Source of the DNA: Propionibacteriaceae bacterium
Lineage (GTDB): Bacteria > Actinomycetota > Actinomycetes > Propionibacteriales > Propionibacteriaceae
Assembly (NCBI GenBank): GCA_031267645.1
Contig: JAIRYW010000058.1
Location: forward strand, 1,106-65,105
Length of the DNA stretch: 64,000 nucleotides
Reading direction: 5' to 3'
Shown: positions 9,493 to 19,669 of the stretch, one piece after another
Layout of the letters: each line of letters begins with the position of its first letter
Position numbering within the stretch: the stretch's first letter is position 1
Notes under the pieces: generated by a model
Database searches by the model: none
The model's input: the letters and a program-made list of their open reading frames with translations, nothing else
What the model was told of the DNA's origin: nothing
Position numbers and translations under genes: made by a program

Positions 9493-10737
9493 ATGCTTAC
9501 AAAGAAGTGGGCAGGAGCGGCTGTCGCCGTGGCCATGGTCCTGGGACTGGCCGCCTGCAGTGGACAAGATGACAACCCCTCCGGCGGTGACTCGGGGGAT
9601 CCCATCACGGTCGGCGTGCTCGGGCCCATCTCCGGCGCCTTCGCCGACGCCGGCCTGAACTACCGTCAAGGGGCCCAGATCGCGGCCGACCAGATCAACG
9701 CCGCCGGCGGGGTGCTGGGCCGTCAGATCAAGATCGAAGCCAAAGACACGGCGGCCGGTCCGCAAGAGGCCAGCCAGGCCGTGCGCGACTTCGTCTCCTC
9801 CGGCACCAACTTCCTGATCGGCGAGCTGTCCAGCGCCAACTGCCTGGCCGACGCCCCGCTGGTGGACCAGCTGGACGCCGTCTTCATCACCGGCATCTGC
9901 TCGGTCGAAGAGCTGACCGGTCAGAACGGCCAGGCCGCCCCGTACACCCGCACCTTCCGGGCCGGGGCCACCTCCAGCGCCAACATCGTGGCCATGGCCG
10001 ACGCCATCGGCCGCCGCTTCCCGCAGGTCACGACCTACGACTCCTTCGCCTTCGACTACGTCACCGGCCACCTGCAATGGGACCAGTACGTCCAGGCCTA
10101 CGCCGACAACGGCAAGCCGATCACGGTGGGCAAGGACCTCTGGGTGCCGATGGACCAGCAGAACTACGGCTCCCAGATCTCGGTGCTGGCCACCGCTTCG
10201 ACCGAGGGCGAGCACAAGGGCTTGTACATCGGCACCTACGGCGCCGGCACCGCCTCCTTCCTGCAACAGGCCGAGCCCTACGACTTCCTGAAGAACTACG
10301 AGGTCGTCGTCACGCCGGGCGGCTACTACCCGGTGGCACGGGATCTGAACGGCTCCGCCCCGCTGGTCTGGAACGGCTACGAGTACAACTGGGCCGCCTA
10401 CGACACGCCTGAGAACGACGCCTTCGTGGCCGACTTCGAGCAGTTGGCCGGCAAGAAGCCGATCACCTGGTCGTACGTCTCCTACGTCGCCGTGTTGGCC
10501 TACGCCGCCGCCATCGAGAAGGCCGGATCGGACGCCCCGGAGGCCGTGGCGGCCGCCCTGGAGGGCATCACCTTCAGCTCGCCCCAGGGCGAGTACCTGA
10601 TCGACGCCGTCACCCACAACGGCTCCGCCAACATCGTGCTGATGGAGACCGAGGGCGACGCCAGCGACCCGGAGAAGGTCAAGATGCTGGAGACGATCGT
10701 GATCCCGTACACCGACACTGTGACGTTCAACTACTAG
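9493..10737 (+). CDS. ABC transporter substrate-binding lipoprotein, Liv (branched-chain amino acid/HAAT) type
   Basis: Signal peptide with lipobox LGLAACSG; type-1 periplasmic binding protein pattern; directly precedes the Liv-type permeases. Confidence 0.85.
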   Translation: MLTKKWAGAAVAVAMVLGLAACSGQDDNPSGGDSGDPITVGVLGPISGAFADAGLNYRQGAQIAADQINAAGGVLGRQIKIEAKDTAAGPQEASQAVRDFVSSGTNFLIGELSSANCLADAPLVDQLDAVFITGICSVEELTGQNGQAAPYTRTFRAGATSSANIVAMADAIGRRFPQVTTYDSFAFDYVTGHLQWDQYVQAYADNGKPITVGKDLWVPMDQQNYGSQISVLATASTEGEHKGLYIGTYGAGTASFLQQAEPYDFLKNYEVVVTPGGYYPVARDLNGSAPLVWNGYEYNWAAYDTPENDAFVADFEQLAGKKPITWSYVSYVAVLAYAAAIEKAGSDAPEAVAAALEGITFSSPQGEYLIDAVTHNGSANIVLMETEGDASDPEKVKMLETIVIPYTDTVTFNY

Positions 10738-10749
10738 AAGCCTGACGCC

Positions 10750-11637
10750 ATGAATCAACTCCTGTCGGCCGTTATCAACGGCGTCGCCACCGGGGTACCG
10801 CTGTTTCTGGTGGCCAGCGGCTTCACGCTGATCTACGGCGTGATGGGGGTCCTCAACTTCGCGCACGGCGCCTTCTTCATGTTCGGCGCCTACTGTTTCG
10901 CGGTCATGTTGGGTGGACAGGCTCTCAGCCTGCCCATGTTCTTGCTCTACGCCCTGGGGGCGGCGGCGGTGATCGCCGTCCTCGGGGTGTTGAGCGAACG
11001 ATTGGTCTTCGCCCGGCTCTACAACTCCGGCCACATGATCAACCTGTTGGCCGCCTACGCCTTGATGCTGATGCTGATCGGCTTGTCCATCTTGGTCTTC
11101 GGCACCACCACGTACCACGTGCCTCGGCCGTCGCCCTTCAAGGGGGCCGTCCATATCGGCACGGTGCCGGTGCCGTCCTACAACCTCTTCGTCATCGCGG
11201 CCGGCCTGATCGTGGCGGCCGGACTGTGGTTCTTGCTCAACAAATCCAGTCTGGGGATGAAGATCCGGGCCGTGGCGCACGACCGCACCACGGCTCGGGC
11301 CCTGGGGGTGAGGGCGCCGCTGGTCGGCATGGGGGTCTTCGCCTTGGGCTGCGCCTTGGCCGGTCTGGCCGGAGCGCTCGACTCGCCCATGATCTCGGTC
11401 GCCCAGGGCATGGACGCCACCTTCGCCATCCAGTTCTTCGTCGTCGTCATCATCGGCGGCCTGGGCTCGACCTGGGGGGCCCTGGCGGCCTCCCTGCTGG
11501 TCGGGCTGATGGAGTCGCTGTTGGTCTACTACGCCCCGGCCTGGTCGCAGTACGGCATGTACATCCTGGTCGTCATCGTCTTGCTGATGCGGCCCCAGGG
11601 CCTGTTCGTGCGCGGCCCGGCCATCACCCACTCCTGA
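10750..11637 (+). CDS. HAAT-family ABC permease (LivH-like)
   Basis: Polytopic membrane protein with the typical LivH start (INGVATGVPLFLVASGFTLIYGVMGVLNFAHG). Confidence 0.9.
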   Translation: MNQLLSAVINGVATGVPLFLVASGFTLIYGVMGVLNFAHGAFFMFGAYCFAVMLGGQALSLPMFLLYALGAAAVIAVLGVLSERLVFARLYNSGHMINLLAAYALMLMLIGLSILVFGTTTYHVPRPSPFKGAVHIGTVPVPSYNLFVIAAGLIVAAGLWFLLNKSSLGMKIRAVAHDRTTARALGVRAPLVGMGVFALGCALAGLAGALDSPMISVAQGMDATFAIQFFVVVIIGGLGSTWGALAASLLVGLMESLLVYYAPAWSQYGMYILVVIVLLMRPQGLFVRGPAITHS

Positions 11638-11647
11638 GGGAATCGAC

Positions 11648-12667
11648 ATGAGCGTTCAGACTCCGGCCGCCCCGCCGACGGCCCCGCCAGCCGACTTGGC
11701 CTCCCGGGCGACCCGGGCCCTGGGCCGTTTCGACGTGCCCGTCGTGATGGTGGTGGTGGGCTTGGCGGTGGCCTTCTTCCCCACCAACCTGCAATTCCTG
11801 GCCACCACCATGTTGATCTACGGACTGTTGGCCATGAGCGCCAACATGATCGTGGGCTGGCTAGGGACGATGACCTTCGGCCACGCCGCCTTCTTCGGGG
11901 CCGGGATCTATTTCGTGGCTCTGATGAAGGACTTCCACCTCAACCCGCTCCTGCTGGTGGTGTTGGCCGGTGTGGTGGGGGCTTTGTTCGCGGCCTTCTT
12001 CTGCGTCGTCACCCTGCGCCTGAGCGGCATCGCCTTCGTCATGATGACGATGGTGTTCGGCCAGGTGCTCTACCTCTTGTTGTTCACCATCAAGAAGCTG
12101 CACGGCGACGACGGCATCCCCGGGGTGCTGCCGGGCAAGTTGTTAGGTTTCAACCTGCTGATGCCGAAGTACTTCTGGTGGTACGCCGTGCTGGTGGTGG
12201 GGGTCTGCCTGTTCGTGATGCGTCTGATCCACCGCTCCACCTTCGGCCACTCCGTCCTGGCCAGCCGCGACGATCCCATCCGGGCCGCCGCCCTGGGCGT
12301 GCCGACCCTCTCGATCCGGACCCGGGTCGTCATCCTGGCCGGTTTCTTCGCCGGGGTGGCCGGGGCCCTGTTCGTGCAGCAACAGGGCATCGCCAGCTCG
12401 GACACGCTGTACTGGCTCAACTCCGGCAACATCGTCCTGATGTGCCTGGTGGGCGGCCGGGGCCACTTCTTCGGGCCGGTGGTCGGCGCGGTCGTCTTCG
12501 TCTGGCTCAACACCCAGCTGTTCCAAGGCATCAACTACGCCAACCTCTTCATCGGTGGGATCTTCCTCGTCATCGTGCTGGCCCTGCCCGGCGGCCTGTC
12601 CGGTCTGCCCGGCAAGGCGGTCGACCTGTTCCGTCGCCTACGTTCGCTGAGGGGAGGTCGGCCATGA
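11648..12667 (+). CDS. HAAT-family ABC permease (LivM-like)
   Basis: Polytopic; LivM-like motifs (GHAAFFGAGIY, RDDPIRAAALGV). Confidence 0.85.
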   Translation: MSVQTPAAPPTAPPADLASRATRALGRFDVPVVMVVVGLAVAFFPTNLQFLATTMLIYGLLAMSANMIVGWLGTMTFGHAAFFGAGIYFVALMKDFHLNPLLLVVLAGVVGALFAAFFCVVTLRLSGIAFVMMTMVFGQVLYLLLFTIKKLHGDDGIPGVLPGKLLGFNLLMPKYFWWYAVLVVGVCLFVMRLIHRSTFGHSVLASRDDPIRAAALGVPTLSIRTRVVILAGFFAGVAGALFVQQQGIASSDTLYWLNSGNIVLMCLVGGRGHFFGPVVGAVVFVWLNTQLFQGINYANLFIGGIFLVIVLALPGGLSGLPGKAVDLFRRLRSLRGGRP

Positions 12668-13455
12668 CCAGCCCGGCTGTGGCGCCCGCGGCGCCGGTGG
12701 TGTTGGAGACCCGGTCGGTCTCCAAGAGCTACTACGGCGTGCCGGCCGTCATCGACCTGTCGATGACGGTGGCCCGGGGCGAGACCCTGGCCATCATCGG
12801 CCCCAACGGGGCTGGCAAGAGCACCTACTTCGGGCTGATCGCCGGCGAGCACGCCACCGTCGGCGGCGGCGCCATCTTGTTCAACGGCGTCGACATCACC
12901 CGCTGGCCGGCCCACCGCCGGGCCCAGGCCGGCATGAGCCGGACCTTCCAAGTGGCCCGGTTGTTCGCCTCCCGTTCCGTCATCGAATGCCTGCAGATCG
13001 CCGCCGCCGCCAAGCGGGCCGGCTACCGCAGCCTGCTGCGCGACTTCCGTCGCCACGCGAGCGTCGACCAGGCCGACATCGAGCGGATCATGGCCGGGTT
13101 GGGCCTGGCCGGCTTGGAGGACTCCTTGGCCGGCAATCTGGCCCAAGGCGACCGTAAACGCCTCGAATTGGCCATGGCCATGGTCCAACGGCCCTCCCTG
13201 CTGCTGCTGGACGAGCCGACCGCCGGGATGTCGACCGAGGACTGCCTGTTGACGGTCGACACCCTCAAATCCATCCAACGGGCCGACCCCGACCTGACCA
13301 TCGTCATGACCGGCCACGACATGGACGTCCTGTTCGCGGTGGCCCGCCGCATCGTCTTGATGGCGGAGGGCAAACAGGTCATGGACGGCACCCCGGAAGA
13401 GGTCGGGTCGTCCCAGATCGCCCGCAAGGTCTACCTCGGAGATGAGCATGTCTGA
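12664..13455 (+). CDS. ABC ATP-binding protein (LivG-like)
   Basis: Inner ATG at 12664 of ORF 12178..13455. Walker A GPNGAGKST; LLLLDEPTAGM. Confidence 0.9.
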   Translation: MTSPAVAPAAPVVLETRSVSKSYYGVPAVIDLSMTVARGETLAIIGPNGAGKSTYFGLIAGEHATVGGGAILFNGVDITRWPAHRRAQAGMSRTFQVARLFASRSVIECLQIAAAAKRAGYRSLLRDFRRHASVDQADIERIMAGLGLAGLEDSLAGNLAQGDRKRLELAMAMVQRPSLLLLDEPTAGMSTEDCLLTVDTLKSIQRADPDLTIVMTGHDMDVLFAVARRIVLMAEGKQVMDGTPEEVGSSQIARKVYLGDEHV

Positions 13456-14194
13456 TCACGTTCTGGCCCTGAAGGGCGTCAACGCCTGGTACGGCCACGC
13501 CCAGGCCCTGTTCGGCCTCGACCTGACCTTGGACGCCGGTGAGACCGTGGCTCTGATGGGGCGCAACGGGGCCGGCAAGACGACCTGTTTGCGCAGCGTC
13601 ATGGGCATCGAGGCCCGCCGCAGCGGCCGCATCGAACTGGCCGGCCAGAGCATCGAGGGCCTCGGCATCGAGGCCATCGCCCGCCGGGGCGTCGGCTGGG
13701 TGCCGGACGACCGTCGTATCTTCCCCACCCTGACCGTGCGCGAGAACCTGCAACTGGTGCGCGGCATCGCCAAACGGCACGGCCGCCAGCCGATGTCGGT
13801 GGACGAGCTGGTCGAGGTGCTGCCCATCATGGAGCGCTTGATCGACCGCAAGGGCCACGCCCTGTCCGGCGGCGAACAGCAGGCCGTCACCATCGCCCGG
13901 GCCCTGGTCGGCCGGCCCCAGGTGCTGCTGTTGGACGAGCCGACCGAGGGCTTGGCCCCGGTCATCGTCCAGGGCATGGCCCAGTCGATCGCGGCCCTGC
14001 CTCAGCGCTACGGCGTCTCCATCTTGCTGGCCGAGCAGAACCTCGGCTTCGTGCGCGAGGTGGCGCAGAGGGTCTACGTGCTCGACATCGGACGCTTGGT
14101 CTTCCAAGGCGCCACGGCCGAGTTCATGGAGTCGCCCGAATTGCAGGAGCGCTACCTGTCGGTGGCGCGGCCGACCGGGACCGACCATGCCTGA
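13442..14194 (+). CDS. ABC ATP-binding protein (LivF-like)
   Basis: Walker A GRNGAGKTT, signature LSGGEQQ, Walker B LLLLDEPTEGL. Confidence 0.9.
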   Translation: MSMSDHVLALKGVNAWYGHAQALFGLDLTLDAGETVALMGRNGAGKTTCLRSVMGIEARRSGRIELAGQSIEGLGIEAIARRGVGWVPDDRRIFPTLTVRENLQLVRGIAKRHGRQPMSVDELVEVLPIMERLIDRKGHALSGGEQQAVTIARALVGRPQVLLLDEPTEGLAPVIVQGMAQSIAALPQRYGVSILLAEQNLGFVREVAQRVYVLDIGRLVFQGATAEFMESPELQERYLSVARPTGTDHA

Positions 14195-15614
14195 GCCAGC
14201 CGCCGCCGGCCCGGCCGCGGCCGCCCTGGGGCGGGCGGCCGCCGCCACCAGTTTCGCCGCCGCCCCGGTGGCCCTGCGCCAGCGGGCGGTCGACGTCTTC
14301 ATCGACTGCTTGGCCGTCATGGCGGTGGGCTCGGAGCGGGGCCCGCAGACCCGTTTGCGCGCCCTGCTGGGCGGCGACCGCGGCTCGGCCAGTCTGATCG
14401 GCCAGTCCGAGCCGGTGGCGGCGGCCGTGGCGGTGGTCGGGAACGGGACTTATCCGACCGTCTACCAGATCGACGAGGGCCAACGGATGTCGCGCGGCCA
14501 CCCCGGCATCCACGTCGTCCCAGTCGTCTTGGCCTTGTCGGAGGAGGGCGGCCGGTCGGCCGACGACTTCTTCTCGGCTTTGATGGCCGGTTACGAGGTG
14601 GCGGCCCGGGTCGGCCAGTCGCTGGGCGGGACCAAGGCCGAGATCCATCCGCACGGCAACTGGGGGACGATCGGGGCGGCCGCCGCCAGCGCCTGGCTGC
14701 TGGGCCGGCGCGACCCCCAGGTCATCGCCACCGCCATCGACCTGGCGGCCAGCCTGGCCCTGGGCCCGGACCGGGCCTCGCTCAAGGCCGGCCAGGGCGC
14801 GCACCACCTGATGGCGGCCCTGGGGGCCGAGGTCGGATTGGTGGCCGGGGCGGCGGCGGCGGCCGGTTTCAGCGCCACGCCGGGCTGTCTGGAACGCTTC
14901 TTCGGCCCCCGCTCGGGGGTGGCCTTCGACCCCGGCCTCCTGCTGGAGGGCGTCGGCCCGGACGGTTGGAGCGAATTCAAGCTGGCCTCCAGCTATTTCA
15001 AACTGTGGCCGGCCTGCGCCCACACCCACACCTCCATCAACGCCGCCTTGGCTCTGCGCCAGGAGTTCGGTTTCGCGCCCGAAGCGGTCGAACGGATCGA
15101 GATCCGGGCCTTCGGCCCGGCCGCCAGCCTGGACCGGAGCGCGGTCGGCGACAATGACCTGGCGGCCCGTTACTCGGTCCCCTACGTGGTGGCGGCGGCC
15201 TTGTTGGACGGCCGCTTCGACCTCGACTCCTTCACGCCCGAGCGCCTGGCCGCCCCCGGCCTGCGCCGTCTGATCGACCGGGTCCAACTCAGACACGACC
15301 CCGCGCTGGACGCCGGTTACCCGGAGCGGGGCCGTCCCATCGTGATGGAGATCGTCTTGAACGACGGCCGGCGGTTGATCCGGTCGGCCGCCCTGTCCGA
15401 GGGCGACTCCGAACTGCCGGCCAGCCCGGAGCGGTTGCGGGACAAAGCCGCCACCTTATTGGCCCATCGTTTCGGCCCGGCCGCCGCCGAGCGCGTCCTG
15501 GCGGCGGCCCAGGCCTTCGCCCGGGGGGCTCCGATCCAAGACCTGTCCGGGGCCCTGCGGGCCGCCGCCCGTCCGGAGCCTGAACCAGCCCCGGCCGTGG
15601 CTCGGCCTGACTGA
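14187..15614 (+). CDS. MmgE/PrpD-family protein (2-methylcitrate dehydratase superfamily)
   Basis: 475 aa. N-terminal pattern ...RQRAVDVFIDCLAVMAVGS... and overall length are typical of the family. Start overlaps the upstream stop. Confidence 0.75.
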   Translation: MPEPAAAGPAAAALGRAAAATSFAAAPVALRQRAVDVFIDCLAVMAVGSERGPQTRLRALLGGDRGSASLIGQSEPVAAAVAVVGNGTYPTVYQIDEGQRMSRGHPGIHVVPVVLALSEEGGRSADDFFSALMAGYEVAARVGQSLGGTKAEIHPHGNWGTIGAAAASAWLLGRRDPQVIATAIDLAASLALGPDRASLKAGQGAHHLMAALGAEVGLVAGAAAAAGFSATPGCLERFFGPRSGVAFDPGLLLEGVGPDGWSEFKLASSYFKLWPACAHTHTSINAALALRQEFGFAPEAVERIEIRAFGPAASLDRSAVGDNDLAARYSVPYVVAAALLDGRFDLDSFTPERLAAPGLRRLIDRVQLRHDPALDAGYPERGRPIVMEIVLNDGRRLIRSAALSEGDSELPASPERLRDKAATLLAHRFGPAAAERVLAAAQAFARGAPIQDLSGALRAAARPEPEPAPAVARPD

Positions 15615-15653
15615 TCGAACCGTCGAACCACCACCTTTTGGAGGCAAACCGTC

Positions 15654-16418
15654 ATGACCAGCACCTGGACCATCGAACCGATGGCTTTCGGGGAGTTCCC
15701 CGAAGTCGAGCTGTCCGGCTACACCTACTCCAAGAACCAGGGTGTGAAGAGGGCGTCGCCGGCCCTCAGCTTCCTGCTGCGCTCGCCCCAAAGGATGGTC
15801 CTGGTCGACACCGGGCCGGCCCAGCGCGACCAGGACCACCATCCCTCGCACGTCCAGCTGCGGCGCAGCCCCGACTTCGGCTTGGACGTCAGCCTGGAAC
15901 GGCTGGGGGTGGCGCCGGGCGACATCGACACCATCGTCATCACCCATCTGCACTACGACCACGCCTGCAACCTGGACCGTTTCCCGCGGGCCAAGATCTA
16001 CCTCCAGGCCGAGGAGCTGCGGGCCGCCGTCGACCCCATAACGCATCAGAAGGCGATGTACGAGTTCGGCTTGGAAGATTTCGTGCCCTCCTGGGTGCGG
16101 GCCAGCTGGCGCGTCGAACGGGTGCGGGGCGACTTCGACCTGGCCGACGGCTTGCGGCTCCTGCTGCTGCCCGGCCACACCCCCGGCATGCAGTCGGTGC
16201 TGGTCCAGACCGAGTCCGGGCCGCACCTGTTGGCCTCCGACATCATCAGCTCGTACGACAACCTGGACGACGGCGCGGGGGGTTGGGCCTACCCCGGCAT
16301 CCACACCGACCTGGTGGCCTGCGAGCGCTCCTTGGAGAAGATCCGTTCGCTCGGGGCCGTCGTCGTGCCCAGCCACGACTGGCGGGTGATGGACCCGGCT
16401 TGGTATCCGGGCCACTGA
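15654..16418 (+). CDS. MBL-fold metallo-hydrolase (lactonase-like)
   Basis: HxHxDH motif (ITHLHYDHACN), later LLPGHTPG and SHD. Confidence 0.8.
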   Translation: MTSTWTIEPMAFGEFPEVELSGYTYSKNQGVKRASPALSFLLRSPQRMVLVDTGPAQRDQDHHPSHVQLRRSPDFGLDVSLERLGVAPGDIDTIVITHLHYDHACNLDRFPRAKIYLQAEELRAAVDPITHQKAMYEFGLEDFVPSWVRASWRVERVRGDFDLADGLRLLLLPGHTPGMQSVLVQTESGPHLLASDIISSYDNLDDGAGGWAYPGIHTDLVACERSLEKIRSLGAVVVPSHDWRVMDPAWYPGH

Positions 16419-16438
16419 GGCGGGTCGGATCACAGACC

Positions 16439-16834
16439 ATGCGCGTCTTCGGAACGGACTGGGCCAAGGGGTTGGCGGAGGAGTTGGGTCGCGACCCTCG
16501 TTTCGGCCCGGCCGCCCGGATGTTGCGCGCCGTGGTCCGGTTGGAGGCTCCCCGGCGTGGCCTCGACCTGATTCTGGACGGCGGCCGGGTCGCGGTCCGG
16601 CCGCTCGACCCGGCCGATCCCTTCGACTTCGGTCTCAAGGCCAGCCAGGCGGCCTGGCTGGAACTGGTCAGCCAGCCCCGGACCAGCCTCAACCAACTGG
16701 TGCGCCGAGGTGACATCGAATTGACCGGCGACCGGGTGGCGGCCCTGCTGTGGTGGAAACCGCTCTTCCTGATCGCCCAGGCCGCCCGTCGGCTGGAGTC
16801 CGATCTGGAGGGGTCATGGCCTACATCGAGTTGA
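16439..16834 (+). CDS. SCP2 sterol-carrier-like domain protein
   Basis: Inner ATG at 16439 of ORF 15638..16834. About 131 aa. The FGTDWAKGLAEELG...LILDGGRV...FGLKASQAAWLELV pattern resembles SCP2/alkyl-sulfatase C-domains. Confidence 0.55.
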   Translation: MRVFGTDWAKGLAEELGRDPRFGPAARMLRAVVRLEAPRRGLDLILDGGRVAVRPLDPADPFDFGLKASQAAWLELVSQPRTSLNQLVRRGDIELTGDRVAALLWWKPLFLIAQAARRLESDLEGSWPTSS

Positions 16835-17625
16835 GCGGCGGCCGGATCGCCTACGACGAAGCGGGGTCGGGACCGCCGGTCGTGCTGCTGCACGGGGCGG
16901 CCCAGGACTCGACGGTCTGGCGCCGCGTGGCGCCAGGGTTGGCTGGAAGCCACCGGGTGGTGGCCTACGATCAGCCCGGCCACGGCAAGTCCGACCTTTG
17001 GCGGGGCCAGGCGGTGGCCGACGTGAACGTCTACGCCCAGGTCTTGGCCGAACTGATCGAGGCCTGGGGGATCGGCCCGGCGCCGGTGGTGGGGCATTCC
17101 TTGGGCGGTTCGGTGGCCCTCAAGACCGCTCTGGACTGTCCGGGAGCGGTCGCCGCCGTGGTCAATCTGGCCGGGTCGGCCAAGAGCTCCCAAGCCCGTA
17201 TCGGCTATCCCGGCGACTTGCTGGAACTGGTCTCGGTCAACCCGACCGACTGGATGGAGACCAATTTCTACGCCCTTTTGCTCAGCCCTGATTTGAGTGA
17301 GGAGGAGCGCTGGGCCTGCTCCTTCGACCCCCGCCGGGTGCCGCCGGAGGCCATCATGGGCGATCTGATGGCGTACACCAGCTGCGGTTTCTTGGACCAG
17401 CTGGGCCGGGTCACAGCGCCGACGCTGTCGGTGGCCGGCCAGTACGACTGGTCCTGCGCGCCAGAACGGGTCCAGGCCACCGCCCAGGCCCTGGGCGGCC
17501 CCAGCCAGTTCATGGTCCTGCCCGGCGTCGGGCACATGCCCCAGCACGAGTGCCCCGACCGCCTGGTCGAGATCCTGCTGGAGTTCCTAAACGGCCTGAC
17601 CGTCATTCCTGAGGAGGAGACATGA
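16816..17625 (+). CDS. Alpha/beta hydrolase
   Basis: Inner ATG at 16816 (ggagg RBS). HGAAQDS..., nucleophile elbow GHSLGG, C-terminal GHMPQHE. Confidence 0.85.
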   Translation: MAYIELSGGRIAYDEAGSGPPVVLLHGAAQDSTVWRRVAPGLAGSHRVVAYDQPGHGKSDLWRGQAVADVNVYAQVLAELIEAWGIGPAPVVGHSLGGSVALKTALDCPGAVAAVVNLAGSAKSSQARIGYPGDLLELVSVNPTDWMETNFYALLLSPDLSEEERWACSFDPRRVPPEAIMGDLMAYTSCGFLDQLGRVTAPTLSVAGQYDWSCAPERVQATAQALGGPSQFMVLPGVGHMPQHECPDRLVEILLEFLNGLTVIPEEET

Positions 17626-18428
17626 GCCAGCCCCTTTTCCCACCGCTGCAGTTCGTCAGCGCGGCCGGCCGGGCCACTCCCTACCGCCGGATGGGATCCG
17701 GCCCGGCGGTCGGCCTGGTCCATTCCCTGGGCGGCTCGTTGTTGAACTGGGACCGGGTCCAGCCGGCCCTGGCCGAACGGGCCGACACCCTGGTCTACGA
17801 CTGGGGCGGGCACGGCGGCTCGGAGAAGGCCATGGAGCCCTTCAGCATGGCCGACTTGGGCGACCAGCTGGCCGACCTGCTGGGCCAGGTCTTCGGTCGC
17901 CCGGCTCTGCTGGCCGGGGTGGCGGCGGGGTCCGCCATCGCTTTGCAGTGCGCCCTCGACCATCCGGAGCGGGTGGCCGGTCTGGTTCTGGGCGCGCCCA
18001 CCTCGGCCGTGGCCGAGGCCACCGGCCAGGGCATGCGGGAGCGGGTCGGCCTGATCCGGTCCGGCGGCATGGCCACGGCGGTCGACGCCTCGGTCCAAGC
18101 CGGCTTCCCGGAGGCCTTCCGGGAACTCCATCCGGAGGTGATCGAGCGCTACCGGCACGAGTTCATGTCGGTCGCGCCCCAGGCCTACGCCAATTCCTCG
18201 GACGCTTTCAGCCGCTTCGACGTCAGCGCCCGGCTGAGCCAGGTCGGCGTCCCGGTGCTGCTTCTGCCCGGTGAGCTGGACCCGTACTTCCCACCTCCGG
18301 TGGCCGAAGGGCTGCGCCAGCGGCGGCCGGACTGGCGGCTCCAGCTGTTGCCGGGAGTGGGGCACTTCGAGCACTTGCAAGCCCCCGACTTGATCGTTCA
18401 GGCCGTCTTGTCGCAACTGCCCGGTTGA
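17622..18428 (+). CDS. Alpha/beta-hydrolase-fold protein lacking the nucleophile serine
   Basis: Paralogous to the upstream hydrolase, but the elbow reads AGVAAGS instead of GHSLGG. The C-terminal GHFEH histidine region is retained. Confidence 0.75.
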   Translation: MSQPLFPPLQFVSAAGRATPYRRMGSGPAVGLVHSLGGSLLNWDRVQPALAERADTLVYDWGGHGGSEKAMEPFSMADLGDQLADLLGQVFGRPALLAGVAAGSAIALQCALDHPERVAGLVLGAPTSAVAEATGQGMRERVGLIRSGGMATAVDASVQAGFPEAFRELHPEVIERYRHEFMSVAPQAYANSSDAFSRFDVSARLSQVGVPVLLLPGELDPYFPPPVAEGLRQRRPDWRLQLLPGVGHFEHLQAPDLIVQAVLSQLPG

Positions 18429-18498
18429 GGCGATCGGACATGGCGGTGAGAACGGACCTGGTTGCGGCGGCCGGCTGCTCGGCTGAGCCGGGGCCTCG

Positions 18499-19515
18499 AT
18501 GATCGGGCCGAGTCTGGTGGCGGAAATGGGTTCGGGTGGCGCGACCGAGCCTGGGCCACTGCGGGTGGCGATCTTGGACGACTGGCAGGAGGCTGTCCTG
18601 GCCAGCGCCGACTGGAGCCGGCTGGAGGGGGTGGCCACGGTCGAGGTGGTCCCGTCGATCAGCGGGCTGGAGGCGCTGGCCCAGGCCCTGGCCGGCTTCG
18701 ACGTCATCGTGGCCATGCGGGAGCGGACCGCTTTCCCGGCCCAGCTGTTGGAGCGTCTGCCGCGACTGCGGCTGTTGGTCACGACCGGCTCGGTCAACGC
18801 CGCCATCGATCTGGCCGCCTGCGCCCGGCTGGGCGTGACGGTCTGTGGCACCACGTCGGTGGCGGGGGTGACGGCCGAATACGCCTGGGCCTTGCTGATG
18901 GCGGCGGCCAAGCGGCTCGACCTGGAGCTGCCCGCCACCCGCCAGGGGGCTTGGCAGGTCGGCCGGGGCGACCAGTTGCCGGTCCGGCTGCGGGGCCGGA
19001 CCCTGGGCGTGGTCGGTCTGGGGCGGGTGGGCTCTCAGGTGGCCGATTACGGGCGGGCTTTCGGCATGATGGTGTCAGGCCACGACCCCCACCTGGAGGA
19101 GGAGCGCTGGGCCGAGCTGGGTTTGGAGCCGATTGGATTGGACCAATTGTTGGCCCAATCCGACTTCGTCACCTTGCATCTGGGGCTGAGCTCGGCCACA
19201 GTTGGTCTGGTCGGTCCAGCCCAGTTGGCCCTGATGAAGCCGACCGCCTGGCTGATCAACACCAGCCGGGGTCCGATCGTGGACCGCTCGGCCCTGATCG
19301 AGGCCTGTGCCCAAGGTTGGATCGCCGGCGCCGCCCTCGACGTCTACGACCAAGAGCCCCTGCCAGTCGACGACGAGTTGCGCCGTGTCCCCAACATCAT
19401 CGTCAGCCCCCACCTGGGCTATGTCGCCCAAGAACAATGGCGGCTGTGGCACGCCGACACCGTGGAAGACATCTTGGCCTTCCAGGCCGGCCGCCCCCTC
19501 CGCCGCCTGGCTTGA
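18499..19515 (+). CDS. D-isomer-specific 2-hydroxyacid dehydrogenase family
   Basis: GRTLGVVGLGRVGSQVA (NAD fold), TSRGPIVD, LDVYDQEP, SPHLGY. Start uncertain (an alternative ATG lies 27 nt downstream). Confidence 0.85.
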   Translation: MIGPSLVAEMGSGGATEPGPLRVAILDDWQEAVLASADWSRLEGVATVEVVPSISGLEALAQALAGFDVIVAMRERTAFPAQLLERLPRLRLLVTTGSVNAAIDLAACARLGVTVCGTTSVAGVTAEYAWALLMAAAKRLDLELPATRQGAWQVGRGDQLPVRLRGRTLGVVGLGRVGSQVADYGRAFGMMVSGHDPHLEEERWAELGLEPIGLDQLLAQSDFVTLHLGLSSATVGLVGPAQLALMKPTAWLINTSRGPIVDRSALIEACAQGWIAGAALDVYDQEPLPVDDELRRVPNIIVSPHLGYVAQEQWRLWHADTVEDILAFQAGRPLRRLA

Positions 19516-19669
19516 GCCGGCCCTGCTCCGACGTCGTTCCGCGCGCAGCCCCGCTGCTTCATGGACAGGTTTTCACCTCGTATATGCGGCAGCACTCTCT
19601 AGCGTGTGGGTCTACGCGAATCTCGCCGTATTATGGACCGCTGACAAGGCATGGGTGTAACGTCCGCCT

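Noticed and set aside
9430-11649. 739-aa minus-strand ORF, and similar long ORFs such as 22733..25618 (+, 961 aa), 27323..29050 (+), 40864..42540 (+), 15456..16433 (-) and 17268..18938 (-).
   Set aside because: They are antisense shadow ORFs typical of high-GC DNA. Their translations are Arg/Gly/Pro/Asp-rich with no motifs, and each overlaps a motif-rich gene on the other strand.
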